A stretch of 64,000 nucleotides of DNA from the human T2T-CHM13v2.0 reference genome, Homo sapiens. The stretch is taken from the NCBI RefSeq assembly GCF_009914755.1, contig NC_060925.1, one strand, 5' to 3'. Below, piece after piece: positions 44,944-58,059 of this stretch. The notes under the pieces are model-generated. The model did not search any database and was not told the DNA's origin. It saw only the letters and a program-made list of their open reading frames with translations. How positions within the stretch are numbered: position 1 is the stretch's first letter; each line of letters begins with the position of its first letter. The position numbers and the translations under genes were made by a program.

Positions 44944-46104
44944 TTAAAGTTTGACTTCCTTCACTTAAATAATAAGCCAAACACTAAATTGATAATAATT
45001 GAACTATTGAAATGAATCCTATTATTCTCTTACATGAGTGATTTGATGTTGTACCTGGATTTTTGTTTTGTATGCAATTCCTGCTTTTTTGTATCACTAT
45101 TAGACCTTACTTTTCAGAGTCACCTCTTTTCATAGTCTATCTGACAACACTCATCCAAGAGGGCAAGAAGTCATAGCCCCAGAATACATACAATGGAGAT
45201 GACATGGATGCCACTGGTGACCAAGAATGTTTAGAATCCAGAGAGGTGATGAACATCAGGCAGCATATCTAGACGACATTGTTTCATCTCTTCGGGATCT
45301 CTCAATGCAGGAGAATAAAAATTTTAGAAAAAGATGTTCATTGACTGCAAACCTAACAAAGATTAGTAAGGCCATCTGGGGCTGTTAGGACCCATTCTGA
45401 AAGACCAGAGAAATATTAGAGTGTTCCAAATGTGTCAGCCTCATCTTAAACTAAATGAATCACTAAAGGATGGTGCCACTTCTCTGAGTAAACACACTCA
45501 GCCATCTGTACCAACTACCATCAAAAAATTATTCCTCCCTTGATCAGACACACCCTCCATCACAGATGTTTTGGAATGTAACTTTAAGGAAAGAGAGAAA
45601 GAATGGAAACATTAAAATTCATAACAAGAATAATAAATTGGCTTCAAAGGAAGTTCTAAACAAGGAAGTTCTTTGTTCTACAGAATTCCCAGTGGGTCAC
45701 CTTTGATTCTATTTGGAGGTACAGCTAAAGCACATTGAGGAAGAACCAGAGTATATTCAAGGGTGGATGTGCATTGCCTTTTCACAGACATGATTGCTTT
45801 GTAAACAATCATGAAAAAGAGATTACATACATTATTAGAGTAATTAGAGTTGTAGATACATAAACAAAAAATATCAGCTCACCACTTTGGGTGTATCCAT
45901 ATTTTGATTTTATTCTAGCATTTGAGACAAAATGAAGATATTTTGGTAAACATGGACTTATTGACTTAAGAAAAAAATCTTTTTCCTTCTAAGAAAAAAG
46001 AGAAATACAATTTTTGTTTCTCTTATTTATTCATTGATTCCTTTTATTCCCAACTCCTCTACATAAGCACTATATTAAGCTTTGAGGATACAGCTGTGAA
46101 GAAT

Positions 46105-46335
46105 AATAACAGCAACAGGAGTTTATATAGTTTATATAGGTGTCAGACACTGTTCTCACAAATATTAAATCACACAGTTTTTCTAATAGCCCCGTGAGGT
46201 AGATATTACTATCATCCTTGTTATATGGCTCAAGAGGCTTAACTTTCCCAAGGTTACAAAGCTAACAGATAGATAGTGAAGCTGAGATTTGAACACAGTA
46301 ATCCTAGCTCCAGAGCCAAATTCTTAACTGCTACA
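46105..46335 (-). mobile_element. MIR
   Basis: ccccgtgaggtagatattactatc..cccaaggttacaaagcta..gctgagatttgaac. Confidence 0.7.
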
Positions 46336-47749
46336 CTTAGGTAAAGATTCACTGATACAGCTCCAATTTCATGGAGCCATTTGGTTTATCAGGGGAGACA
46401 GACATTAAACTAATAATGTTCATGAATACTAACAACTGGAAGTTTAGGGTATAGCGAGAATTAGCCAAGGAGAAATGGTCCTCTCTCATTCTCTTTTCCC
46501 AAAATATCTTACCCCTCCACCTTGTTGGGACAGACTCCTTTCGCTTTCATGGTTTTTCTCATTGGTTAAATCAAGCACGGAGCAGGTACTTGCCTTGTAC
46601 TGGATCCTGGCTATCTTCAGCATAATGCATCTGGAAACTTGTAAATTCTCCATAAGGAAAATTATCTCTGGTCCATGGTAAAGAGCAAAGCTGTAAAACG
46701 TGCCTGGCAACCGAGTGTCAATTTCCAAGCTGCTTCTTATGGGCATTAAAAAATCTTGCTGTTAGTATTTTCTATTTCTTGCTGCTGATATTTCCACTGA
46801 AAACGATTTTATTAATGCGAGGATTCAAAAGGACAACGTGAAATGAAATTTAAATAACTTTTTCATATTACAATAAACCTTCATGTGGGGAACTGATGGT
46901 TAGAGCTCAATCTTCTTTGCTCATTGAGGGCCCCACAAGCCTAATTAACACTGGCTTGCAATCAAGGCTATTATTTGGTGGCTACTTCCTCCACGGACCT
47001 GCCACCACAGCATTTCTGACCCCACATCTTGTTTTCAAGTTCACACAATAGATCTTTTCTAAAATGTCTCTCTTTCCCTTATGAGAATGAAACTAGTGGT
47101 ATTAGCTCTCTCCCCTACTGCTTTTCTTTGCAGATTCCTCTTTTTTTTTATTCCTAGGGCTCTCTCTGGAATGAAAGTACTTTTTCTATTTTGCAAAGGC
47201 CTCCTTTCACACTGGAAAAAAATGGAGTTTGGTACTAAGTAAAGTGGAGGCCCTCTGACAGTAAAATGATTAGAAAGCACTTTGTTCAGAATTCTAATCC
47301 CCTGCCCCACTGTGAGAACAGGATTACTCCCCAAAACACGTTCAAGGGGCCCTGCAGGAAACTGGAAGGACACAGGCCTCAGAGTGAGATGGATTTAATT
47401 TTAAATTCCAAATCCAATACTTTCTAGTGCATGACCTTGGACAAGTTAGCTGAACCCTCTAAGCCTAAGTTTCCTCACCTGCAAAATAGAAGTTCTAAAG
47501 TCTACTTAGCAAAGCTGTTTTCAAGATTCAGTGAGTACAGAACAGGGTCTACAAAAAAAGTGTGGTTTTTTCTTCTTTTTGTTGGGGGAAGATGAAGGTC
47601 AAGGTCAGCAGTTAGAGCAATCAGATAGAGAGTAAAAGGAAGACCACTTTATAAAGAGCCAGGGTGTGGAGGTCTAGGAATTAGTGACGGCAAGAAACTC
47701 ACGACCACAGCACAGGCACCTAGTGTGGACTGTAGTGTGGGGGTCCATG

Positions 47750-48165
47750 TTGAACATCACCCGCCAGTTCTGGAGTCAGACAGACCTGAGTTCAATCCAG
47801 TCTCTGCCACTTTCTAGCTGTATGATCAATCTTTCCTTCTCCTATAAGTTGGGGGAATTGATACCTGTTTCAAAAGGTCATTATAAAAATAGTAATAATA
47901 ATAAAAGTCCGGGCACACCTGTAATCCCAGCACTTTGGAAGGCCGAGGCGGGCAGATCACCTGAGGTCAGGAGTTTGAGATCAGCCTGGCCAACATGGCG
48001 AAACCCTGTCTCTGACAAAAAAACAACAACAAAAAAAAAAAAAAAAGAGAAAAAAAAAAAAAAACAGGAAAACATCATTATAAGAGTTAAGTTAGACAAT
48101 ATTTTCAACATGTTTAACCCAGTGCATGGCACATGGAACTCTCTTAATAACTCATAACTGTTTTT
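47750..48165 (+). mobile_element. MIR split by an Alu monomer
   Basis: ctggagtcagacagacctgagttcaatcc..cagtgcatggcacat. Confidence 0.7.
47907..48068 (+). mobile_element. AluS-type left monomer with about 50-nt A-rich tail
   Basis: cagatcacctgaggtcaggagtttgag..cctggccaacatggcgaaaccc then tail; TSD aaaaggtcattataa (47872-47886)/aaaacatcattataa (48069-48083). Confidence 0.85.
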
Positions 48166-48513
48166 ACTATTATTGGTGACAATTAAATGCCAGTTTTACC
48201 TTAATTAAATTTCTAAATTTTTCCAGGCCTTAATTTTCTCACCTCTAAAATTAGATGTAATAGAAGCTACTTTGTATGGTTATTGTTAGAATTGAGGCAA
48301 CCCACTTAAAAACAGATGGTAACATATTTGGCACCTAGTGGGTAATCAATAATTGTTTCTTTTCTTGCCCATTCTGACAATTATAATCATAGCTGGTAAT
48401 TGCCCCCTTGACTTTATGAAAATGCACCTCAATGAATGAATATTCTGTTACTTGCATCTACTTCTCACAGTTTTCTTTGTATTTCTCTCCACCTCTTAGA
48501 AACCTTGGTGTTT

Positions 48514-48545
48514 TTTGTTTGTTTGTTTGTTTGTTTGTTTGTTTT
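48514..48545. repeat. (TTTG)n microsatellite
   Basis: Directly visible. Confidence 0.9.
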
Positions 48546-49397
48546 TTCATTCATTCGTTCATTTTCTGTCATTCTTAGAATGAGCCCTTAGTGTGGCAAA
48601 ATTGCTGGTGACCTGGAAGATGTGTCTAAAGTTTCCCAGGAAGATCTTCCTTCCAAAAAATGTCTCTGCCAAAGATCCCACATTTCTACTATTAGTAATT
48701 TATTTCGCCATGTTCTCTATAAAACAGAAATTCATTTTAACACTGCAGTTGGCGTGAGTTTTATCAGAAAACTCTGCTTCTTGACAGGAAAACTCAGGAT
48801 CCTATAAGGGACTGGATGCTTGAGTAAATGAATGGTGAGAACATAGAAGAAAAAGCTTTACAACAAAAGGCAGGCAAGGGAAGCAGTTCTCAAAGGACAC
48901 CAACTTCGTATTTTCACAATGTTTTAAGGAATAGATCAACACCTTCTAGAATTACTCTCTGTTCTCTCCTCTCCCCAATCCCCGGCTTCCTTTCCCTCTC
49001 TCCAACCATCTCTTTCTCCCTTCCTTCCTTTTCTGATTTAAATTTATTTTGTACATTTAAATAACTGTACCTGCTTTCTCTTTCTCTACCAGAGTATTGG
49101 AATTCATGTTTATTTTTTTCCATCTAAATAAATATACCTGCTTTCTCCTTTTCTATCAGAGTGTTTTAAACTGGTTCCCATTTCCCCTTCTTAGTTTCAA
49201 ACACCATTTTTATTTCATTTGCAATCTATATGCTGACACAGCACCATTCCCCTCCCTCTTTTTTCCCTTTTATATCAAACACTATGCAGAAAATTCATCC
49301 TGTTCAGTGTCAAATGCCAGATCCACTTTGGATATGCATTATTTTTGTTCAATGTATGTTTTATTCCCACTCTTTTCCATAAACCACCACCCCACCT

Positions 49398-49417
49398 TCT
49401 CTCTCCCTCTCTCTCTC

Positions 49418-49489
<72 letters not shown>
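49398..49489. repeat. Compound (CT)n(CA)16(GA)8 microsatellite
   Basis: Directly visible. Confidence 0.95.
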
Positions 49490-51029
49490 GCACGTTCCCC
49501 ACCATTACCTGCCCAGTAAATCAAGAAACTGTCTATTTTTTATACCCTTTGGAGATGGGTGGAAATATTAGATGGTGAAAGCTGAATCAGTTCAGAATGA
49601 ATTAGTGCCCAAAAGCTAGAAAGCATGGAAGCTGGAAGCTTATCTAATCAGATTTCTTTTTTTTCCCCTGAAACTTATCCCAGCTTTTGAATTTGTAAAG
49701 TGAATGAATAATTTGGTGAGAAACAGATTTCTCAGAAGATTTGCATCATCTTCAGCTTCTCTTTAGGCTGAATTTTCAACTAAGAACATTCTTGTCTTCT
49801 GGCAGTTGGAGAAATTCAGGTCCAGGAAAACAGAATGGACTCACGACCAAAGGACACACAGCTGAAGGAAACACATGTGCTATCAGAAATATTAGGTGAG
49901 TCCGTAGTTACCTCCATTTGAGTCCAGATTAAGGCTAATACAGAGATCAATGTCTACTCTGGTGTTAACTTTCATTGGATTGAAGATCTAACATGTAATC
50001 TGTGAACAAAATTATTGGAGAGTTCAATTGAAGAAATGCCCCCAACCCTGAATCCAAAAACAAATAATTCCTTGGGGACACAAATGTGAAGTGCTTTGGT
50101 ATATGATAATTACATTCCTTTGTCTCACTATGCCCATCAGACTCTAGTTTCTTTGAAGGAAGATTGTGTGTGTGTTACTAATATTCCTGACCATTGAGTC
50201 CCCAGCACAGTGCACATGGCATGTTTGTGGTAAATGCTTTTTGAGGCGAACTGAACTGAACTTAGCGGATGTTTGCAAAGCCAATCTTAATGAATGATGC
50301 TCAAGATGAATAGACTAAGGTTCAAAATACAATAGCTAGCCTCTTATCACCTTCCACTATGTAGTCCCAGCCAGGTTCAACACAAATCTAGACTCAATTT
50401 AAAGGCAGATACAGTGGACAGAAAAAAATTGCCTTTCTCTCAGGTTATTTTCCATTTTTTTTCCTTTTGTAACAGTACTATGCATGTTACATTTATTTGG
50501 TTTGTTGCTTCACTGAATTGTGCAATGCAGTATCACCAGACTGTAAGTTGAGACAGTCAATTTATGTGCAACCAGAAAGATCCTTGGAAGCAGTCATGTT
50601 GCACCGAAACAGCTTTGTCCTGACAGGAGGCTATTAGCAATGAGCTCCATCACTTCCAGGAAGATTTGCCTTTCTAAGATTGCAACATGGTTATCCTTTG
50701 GAGTATCATTTTTTATAGACACATGGAGTTGGAATCAGGAATCCTGATTTCCATTTCTGCCTCTTCCCACACTTGGCTTTGGGAGTTGAACAGGTCATTA
50801 AACCACTCTGGACCTCTCCAGAGACACTGTGAATTTGTGCTTTTGCATGGATTATCTCATATTTTTTTCCTTAATACAGCTGTTTAGGTTAAATGTTTCC
50901 ATTCTTATACTACAGATTTTTTCAACAGCAAACATTTTTGAGCACCAACCATGTGCCTTGCACTATCACATCCTAGGGATGATCAGTCTTAAGACTCACA
51001 GGAGTTTTGTAGTAAGGTCATTACCTATA

Positions 51030-52535
51030 AATTTTTTACAATGATGGTGTTCTAGGTAATTTTAATCAACCCTCTCAATGAAGACAACAAAGGGAAGGAT
51101 TGAAGTATAAAAAGCACCTTTTTTAAAGTACCTAAAAGTTCACAGCATCTCAAGAATGACTCAGCCACAATCTAGGAGGAGCTGAGGATCCGGAAAGTAA
51201 GCGTAGCACTCAAAGCAGCATTTGTCTCAGCATGGTTACCTATTTGGAAGAAATAACTTCAAAACCAAGTTGTGGTTCTGGTGGCCTTAAAAGATGAGGA
51301 GGAAAAAATAAAATCCCAGGAGTTTCCCAGGCTGGGGGAGTCTGACAACCCCTGCACATTAAGTTGAGACCTCCAAAGGGCTACAGTCTCAGGAGTAAAC
51401 CAGAAATAAAACAACACGTGCTGAACTTGCAGCCCAGGTTCATAGCAAGTAGGAGGTCCAGGGAACTTCAAAGAATATACTCTGATGAATGTTATCCAAG
51501 ATTAGGATTACCCACCAAGCCCTTGGAAGAGGCCAACAAAAATCTTCATTGGAGAAAAGTAGCTTTATCCTAGGCCTCCAGTTATTTATGTAAATATTTT
51601 TAAATATAATGTCCGGTACAGAAATACAACCAGAGAGCCAGGAAACATGATACCATAAGCAAGACAAGCAGAAAAAACAGACAACAGAAACACAACATCT
51701 TAATGTTGGAATGACTGAGTCAAGGGTTTGAGTGGAGGGAACCTATAAAGGAGTGGAGAAGTGACACGTGGAAGGGAAGGCAGCCAATAAAAAGCATACA
51801 TCCAGATAGTTACTGCTATGGGAGATTGGAGCTCAGTCCTGCTATGGGACCTCTGGGATCCAGCGAAGACACGAGCTTCAGAGTTATTCACCTTAGGGTC
51901 AAGACAGCAGAGGAAAAGCTTCTCCCAGCCAACGTTAGTTGTGTAATACTTCTGACCTATGGGTTTAGACCACCATAGAAAGCCTCCAAACAAAGAGATG
52001 CAGAGGCTGGCACTGGGCCAGCATACACTCAAATGGTAAGGTCTGAGGAAATAGGGGTGAGGCAACAAGGGTATTTTCTGTACTCACAAACACTTGATAT
52101 CCTCAAGTTATCAGACATAAACAATGAAATAACACATTTTGCTTACCATGTTTAAAGAATAAAAGGCATGCTTAAAATATCTATAAGAAATAGGAAAATT
52201 AAGAATTTACACAGCAGATTTGAAGAGGAACTTCTACAAAGCTACTAAAACTTAAATTGCAAAAACTGAAATTAAGAACTAAATTACTATATTTAACCAT
52301 GTTAGACCCAGCTGAAGAGAGAATTGATGAGCTGGAAAATAGTTCAGAAGATATTCTAGCAAATGTAGCACAAAAAAAAAAACAACAAAATACAGAGTAT
52401 AAAAAAGAAAAGGTAAAGTATATAGAAGATACTATGAGACTTTCTAACACATATTTAAAGTAGATTACCAGAAGGAGAGGGGAAAAAGAATGGAATGGAA
52501 GCAGTATTTGAAAAGATAACAGCAGATGATTTCCA
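51030..52535 (+). mobile_element. Very old L1 (L1ME/L1M5-type) 5'/ORF1 remnant, split by an ERVL LTR16-like LTR at about 51700-52082
   Basis: ORF 52257-52463 LDPAEERIDELENSSEDI is ORF1 coiled-coil-like; followed by LPEGE..AVFEKIT-like codons. Confidence 0.55.
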
Positions 52536-54839
52536 GAAATGGGAAATTAAACTCAAGGCTTACAGGTGCAAATTCTATGCTCTTTCATGGTGTTTGGAAG
52601 AGACTTGGATCCCTTTATCACAAACTTTATTCATTTAACATTTACCTTTATTTTCCCTTATTTATTCTTCTTATATATACTTTCCCTGAAAAAGTCTGGT
52701 CCTCAGAAGAATGGTGATGAGGTAGCTCCCCAATCTCTTAAAGAAAGAAATAGGATAGAGGACTTACTGAGTAATTCACAAAGAGTTCATTACAATGCCA
52801 AGGGATTCGTGCTACAATGAAATGTTTTTTAAAAATAGTGCTATGAGAACATAGAGCAGGAAGCAACCAATTCTGTCACTGAAAGTTTGAAAATCCTTCA
52901 CCAAGGGGATGACACTTCAACTGGGTCACAAAGAGTCTTGAGGGATAAGCAGGAGTTTGTCACACTAATCAGGCAGAATGGGCATTGCGGGCAGAAGGAA
53001 GAAAATATGTGTAGTCACTAAGACATGGTAAGTCATGGAATGGTAAGGAAAAGGAAGCAATGCATGTGGCTGGAGGACAGATTATATGATGGGGAGGAAG
53101 AAAGGTCTGCTGAAAAATTAAGATGACGTGTAAATGGAATGGATATTCCTTTAAGGAATTTGGATTTTATCCTATAGGCCAATATTTCTCAAACTGAAGT
53201 CCATGGACCCTTGAGGCAGAGAAAGTGAGGGCACACTTTTGGGATGCATAGGTTCTCTCAGAAAAGTTTTTTTTCCCACTTAGTTTGATGAGAATTTAAG
53301 CAAAATGAAACAAAAACAAAAATCCTAAAATGAATACATATGTTTTCTGGATCATTTAATAACAACCATGCTTAGTGCCCATGGTTACATTATAGTCACC
53401 TTGGATACAGTATGGGAATTAAATACTCAATGGGTTCCATTTTATAAATAAATGATCATACACTAACTATAAAACTCTCAAGAGTGATAGAGCCCATGGT
53501 ATATTAGAGATTATCTTCCTCATTTTTTAAAGTATTCAAACATGATTTTAAAACTAATAACTCCATGCAGTCCAAACAAAATACTGCACCACCAGTTTGC
53601 AAGCCTGACCTAAAGTGAGTTTTCAACTTTGAATGTGCTAGTAAGTGTATTTGATTGTATGGGGTTAGATCGGCACATCAAGTGACAAAATGACAACTGT
53701 CCCACAATGAATTCACTGTATTCATGTTGAATTATTTTACCAGTTATAATGACAAAACTGTTCTTTCTGATTGATAATTGGAATAAAATACATTTTCCTA
53801 AAATATGACTTTTGTTTCTTAAGGTAGACAATAAATTGAAACTCATGTGAAATCATTATAATAATATTGCAGAGAGGAGTATGCCCCATCCCCTTAAGAG
53901 TTTCCAGCTTATAACAAATGAACAGAGACAGATTTATTAAGCAAATGCTTTGTTTATGCCAAGTAAAGGCCAAATTACATCATAGGACACTGTATAAAGG
54001 AGGCTTTTGCTGTAGTTTAAATAGACTTTCTTCTAAATTTCAGACAAAAATGGAAACAATGGTAGAAAATTTGATTTATGGCTAAGCCACTTCAAAATGG
54101 TCTGAATGAGTCACTTCCAGTATTTACTGATGTCTTTCCACTGGCTCTGTGCTGGGGCTATGAATATTTTTTCAACAACTATAAGAAACCAAAAGTAACT
54201 TCAAATATTATTTTCCTGTTCACTAATCCAGTAATAATTGGATTAGGTAATTGTTTAATGCAGATTTAAATATGCCATAATGATAACCTTATCTTTAAGT
54301 CAACAAGACAGATTCATAGGGATCAAGGGAACGGCTCATTAAAATTGGCATTTGTTGATTACTCCACAGGCCGAATTAGGGTAAGTGGGTGGTCTGAATA
54401 CCCTCAAACAGTAACCAAAACTGTGATGCTACTTAATGTCATTATGAACAACATTCTTCAGTAAACAGCATTGCCCTCTTCAGTACTTTTAAATTTAAGA
54501 TACAGAAATAGATTAAAGATAGAACATGGAATATAGAAAGATTTAGCTTTAGCTTTGTGCTATTAATCTTTCACATAATTAGAATTTTATTGATTTTTAT
54601 CTTTTTATATTTAATTATCTGTTTTTGGATTTAGATTTGTATATTATCCATGAGGAAAAGAAATCATTATATCTAGTCTTATGTGTCTGTAGACTTTATT
54701 AATATTACAATAAATAATTTCAGTCAATGCTGGGAGTTTGAAAGAATTTTTTTTTCCTTTAAAAGAGAGACATTGTCTTAGTACCTATGTTACTACTAGA
54801 AGATTTTAAAAGGGGAGTAGGTAATCAGGTTTTTATTTT

Positions 54840-55157
54840 TTTAATTAATTAATTTATTTATTTATTTTGAGACAGACTCTCGCTCTGTTGCCCAGGCTGG
54901 AGTACAGGGGCGCCATCCCAGGTCACTGCAAGCTCCGCCTCCCGGGTTCACGCCATTCTCCTGCCTCAGCCTCCCGAGTAGCTAGGACTACAGGCATCCG
55001 CCACCACGCCTGGCTAATTTTTTTGTATTTTTTTTTTTTAGTAGAGACCGGGTTTCACCATGTTGGCCAGCATGGTCTCAATCTCCTGACCTCGTGATCC
55101 GCCCGCCTCGGCTTCCCGAAGTGCTGGGATTACAGGCGTGAGCCACTGTGCCCGGCC
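54840..55157 (-). mobile_element. Alu (AluY/AluSc-intermediate type)
   Basis: gcaagctccgcc and ttcacgccattc (Y-type) with gttggccag (S-type); 14-bp TSD caggtttttatttt at 54826-54839 and 55158-55171. Confidence 0.9.
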
Positions 55158-55873
55158 CAGGTTTTTATTTTAAATTTACCCTCAGCCATCATATGAAGGT
55201 TAGGATGGGCAGAGGCAAGATCGGAGGCAGGAGTCCCACTAGGACGCTCTTCCAGGAAGCCAGTCGAGAGGTAACGAGAAGTTTAGCAAAAGAGGTTGTT
55301 TTAGGGTGGTAGAGGAGGGGCTTGAAATGTAGCATGCCAGGTAGGTCCCTATGGCTCCCTTCCTTTTATGTACCATGATTTGAGATATATTCCACAAGGG
55401 CACATGGCAAGGGTTAAGGAACAGGCTTCCTGCATGAGGAAGAGGGTAACTAACAGGCTGAATCAAGACACCAAGAAAAGGTCAGGGTCTCTGGATCTCA
55501 GTATTATTCCAGAGATGGTTATGCTGTGAAATATTTTCTACCAGACAGGCATTTTTAGTCTCTGTGCCAGTGGAAAGGAGATCTCCACTCAGCCGTGGGT
55601 CTCTCTTTCTATAGGATCAGCTTGAGAAAATAGCCTTGCCATTGGAGGAATACACAGGCTGCCTGGTACAAGACTGTCTGAATTTGAGATGCCAGCAATT
55701 TAGGAATTAACTAAGAATGTTGCCTCTTTAGAATTTAGGCCCATGAGATATTGCAGTTGACTCTGCTGCAGGGAGGAAATCTCTTGACCCATGGGAAGTA
55801 GAGCTTGGGTGCAGCCTTTCTCTCTGGAAGAAGAGACCCTAGTTACTGCTGGCTCATTGGTCAATGAAGGTAA

Positions 55874-56168
55874 GGCCAGGCGCAGGGATTCATGCCTGTT
55901 ATCTCAGCATTTTGGGAGGCTGAAGCAGGAGGATCACTTGAAGTCAGTAGTTACAGACCAGCCTGGGCAACAAAGTGAGACCCCATCTCTAAAAATAAAA
56001 TAAAATAGCCAGGTATGGTGGCACATGCCTCTAGTTCCAGCTACTCTGGAGGCTAAAGCAGAAGCATTGTTTGTGTCCATAAGTTTGAGACTGAACTGAG
56101 CTATGTTAGCATCGCTGCACTCTGGCTTGGGTGACAGAGCCAGACTCTGTCTCTAAAGAAAAAAATGA
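55874..56168 (+). mobile_element. AluJ (Jo-like), diverged
   Basis: Dimer; imperfect TSD aatgaaggtaa/aatgagggtga. Confidence 0.85.
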
Positions 56169-56229
56169 AATGAGGGTGAGCTTCCAGCATCACTTTTCTG
56201 TTCATCACAACACAATTCAAAAGTTATTT

Positions 56230-56900
56230 TATAGATAAAATTAATCAGACTTGGTGATGAAGTGGATTCAGAGGAGTATATGATACAAGGAAAGAGAAGT
56301 CAAGAATTACTCTGAGGACTATACCTTGGCTAAATGAAAGTATGATGATTTCATTAACTGAGATCAGCAATATAGGAGAAGAATAGACTTTGTGGGGGAG
56401 ATAATGCATTCACGTTTGGATATATTGAGTTTGAGGGATCTATGAGACATCCATCTGAAAGAAATGTAGGGTAGGTAATATTAATTTGAAAGTCAGATGT
56501 ATTCATTATACTTGAACCTTGGGAGGTGAATGACAATGACATTGTTCTATGTAGACTGAGAAGACAAGAGAAGGGAAGGGAATTTTAACATTTAAAAGGC
56601 AGTTCAGTACAGTTGGTCAACTGTTGAGTGGGGATAATGCTGGGGATGGAAAGAAAACAAACATGATTTACATTTTAGAAAAAAAAACATGACTTCAGAT
56701 GATAATGAGCTGTCAACAACATGAACCATTCAGATAATGTGAGAATTTGTAGGAAAGTAGTGAAAGCATGTTTTTGCTTTTGTTTGAGAAATGACTGATT
56801 TGGGAAAGGAGATGGCTTCTTCTCAAGAAGTTTGCTGATGAAGAGAAGAGAAAGAGGGAAGATGGGCTAGGAATCAAAGAAGAATCAAATAGGAGAAGAT
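56230..56900 (-). mobile_element. L2 fragment
   Basis: gagaagtcaagaattactctgagg..ggatatattgagtttgagg..tgagacatccatctg..tcaagaagtttgctg. Confidence 0.6.
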
Positions 56901-58059
56901 AATACTATTTGTTTTGCCATAAAATCATATTAAAGAAATACCTTATAAAGCTTTGGGTTCGCATTCTATAATATACATAGGATAAAGTTGGGATATATTT
57001 GCCCACCTCAAGGTTTTTTAAAATGATAATTATGTTTTAAGGCATTTACCAGAAGAGATTTTACTTTAAGTATAAAGTGGATCTTCAAAATAGTTCCTCT
57101 ATTTCAATGCCCTTCTATAGCTTTCCCTGTCTTCATTTTTAACCCCTCCAAATCAGCCCTCTCCTAATTCCCAAGACCATAATAATTGATCAAAAATAAA
57201 AATGTAGTTACATTGCTAGATGTTCATGCCTTACATGATCTGTTTCTTGCCCAGACTCAAATATCATTTAGCACGTATTTATTACTTACCTTTATGTGAG
57301 GTGTAGTGCAGAAGACAGAAAACTAAATGAACAATCATAATACAGCATGTTGCATTCTATAATAGGGAGAAGAATGGCAAACCAGATCTAGAGAGTCCTC
57401 CAATGGGGTCATGGGTGAGCCAAGTCCTAAGGAAATGTCAGGAGTTGCCTTCATCTCCCACAAATGTCCCCGCTTTGCTATGGCCTTTCTGTTTCAGATA
57501 TCTGTGTCTTTGTATGTGCTGTTCCTTCCAAATGAAATGCCTACCCTCACACTCATCAGCCTGTGGAACTCCTATTTATTTTCAAGACTACACATACATG
57601 TCACCTATCCTTAAATCCTTCACTTATACCTAGGATCCTAGGCTGGATTAGGTGTCCTGATTTTGTGGTCCCAAAGGATGCTACAGCTACTTCTGCAGAG
57701 ACATTCCTCTCCATATACACCTAAGAATGTGCTCTTCAAAGGCAGGGTATGTCTTTCTTCTCCAATTCCTCTCTTCCAGCATAGTGCCTGGCATATAATA
57801 AATGCTCAATAAATGTTTGCTAAATGGCTGAGTGAATACATGTTGTCTGTATTCTAGAACTTTTTAGGATTTGAGGCAAGGGAATGCTGTGACCCTTGAA
57901 AAACTTCTCTCTCCAATCTTCTCCAGCTCTGTGTTTGGCTGTTAATTACTAAGGTCCTTTACCACAACAAAAGCCTGTGACTCCATTTGACTCTGTGTCT
58001 ATAAACATATATAAGATTTGATTACTCAAACATGTCTGCAACTGGCAGAGTCTGATGAA

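Noticed and set aside
47684-48157. 157-aa ORF with poly-Lys
   Set aside because: Translation of MIR + Alu + A tail
48329-48341. CTCF-like CCACTAGGTGCCA (minus)
   Set aside because: Mismatch in the core and arises from ordinary MIR sequence
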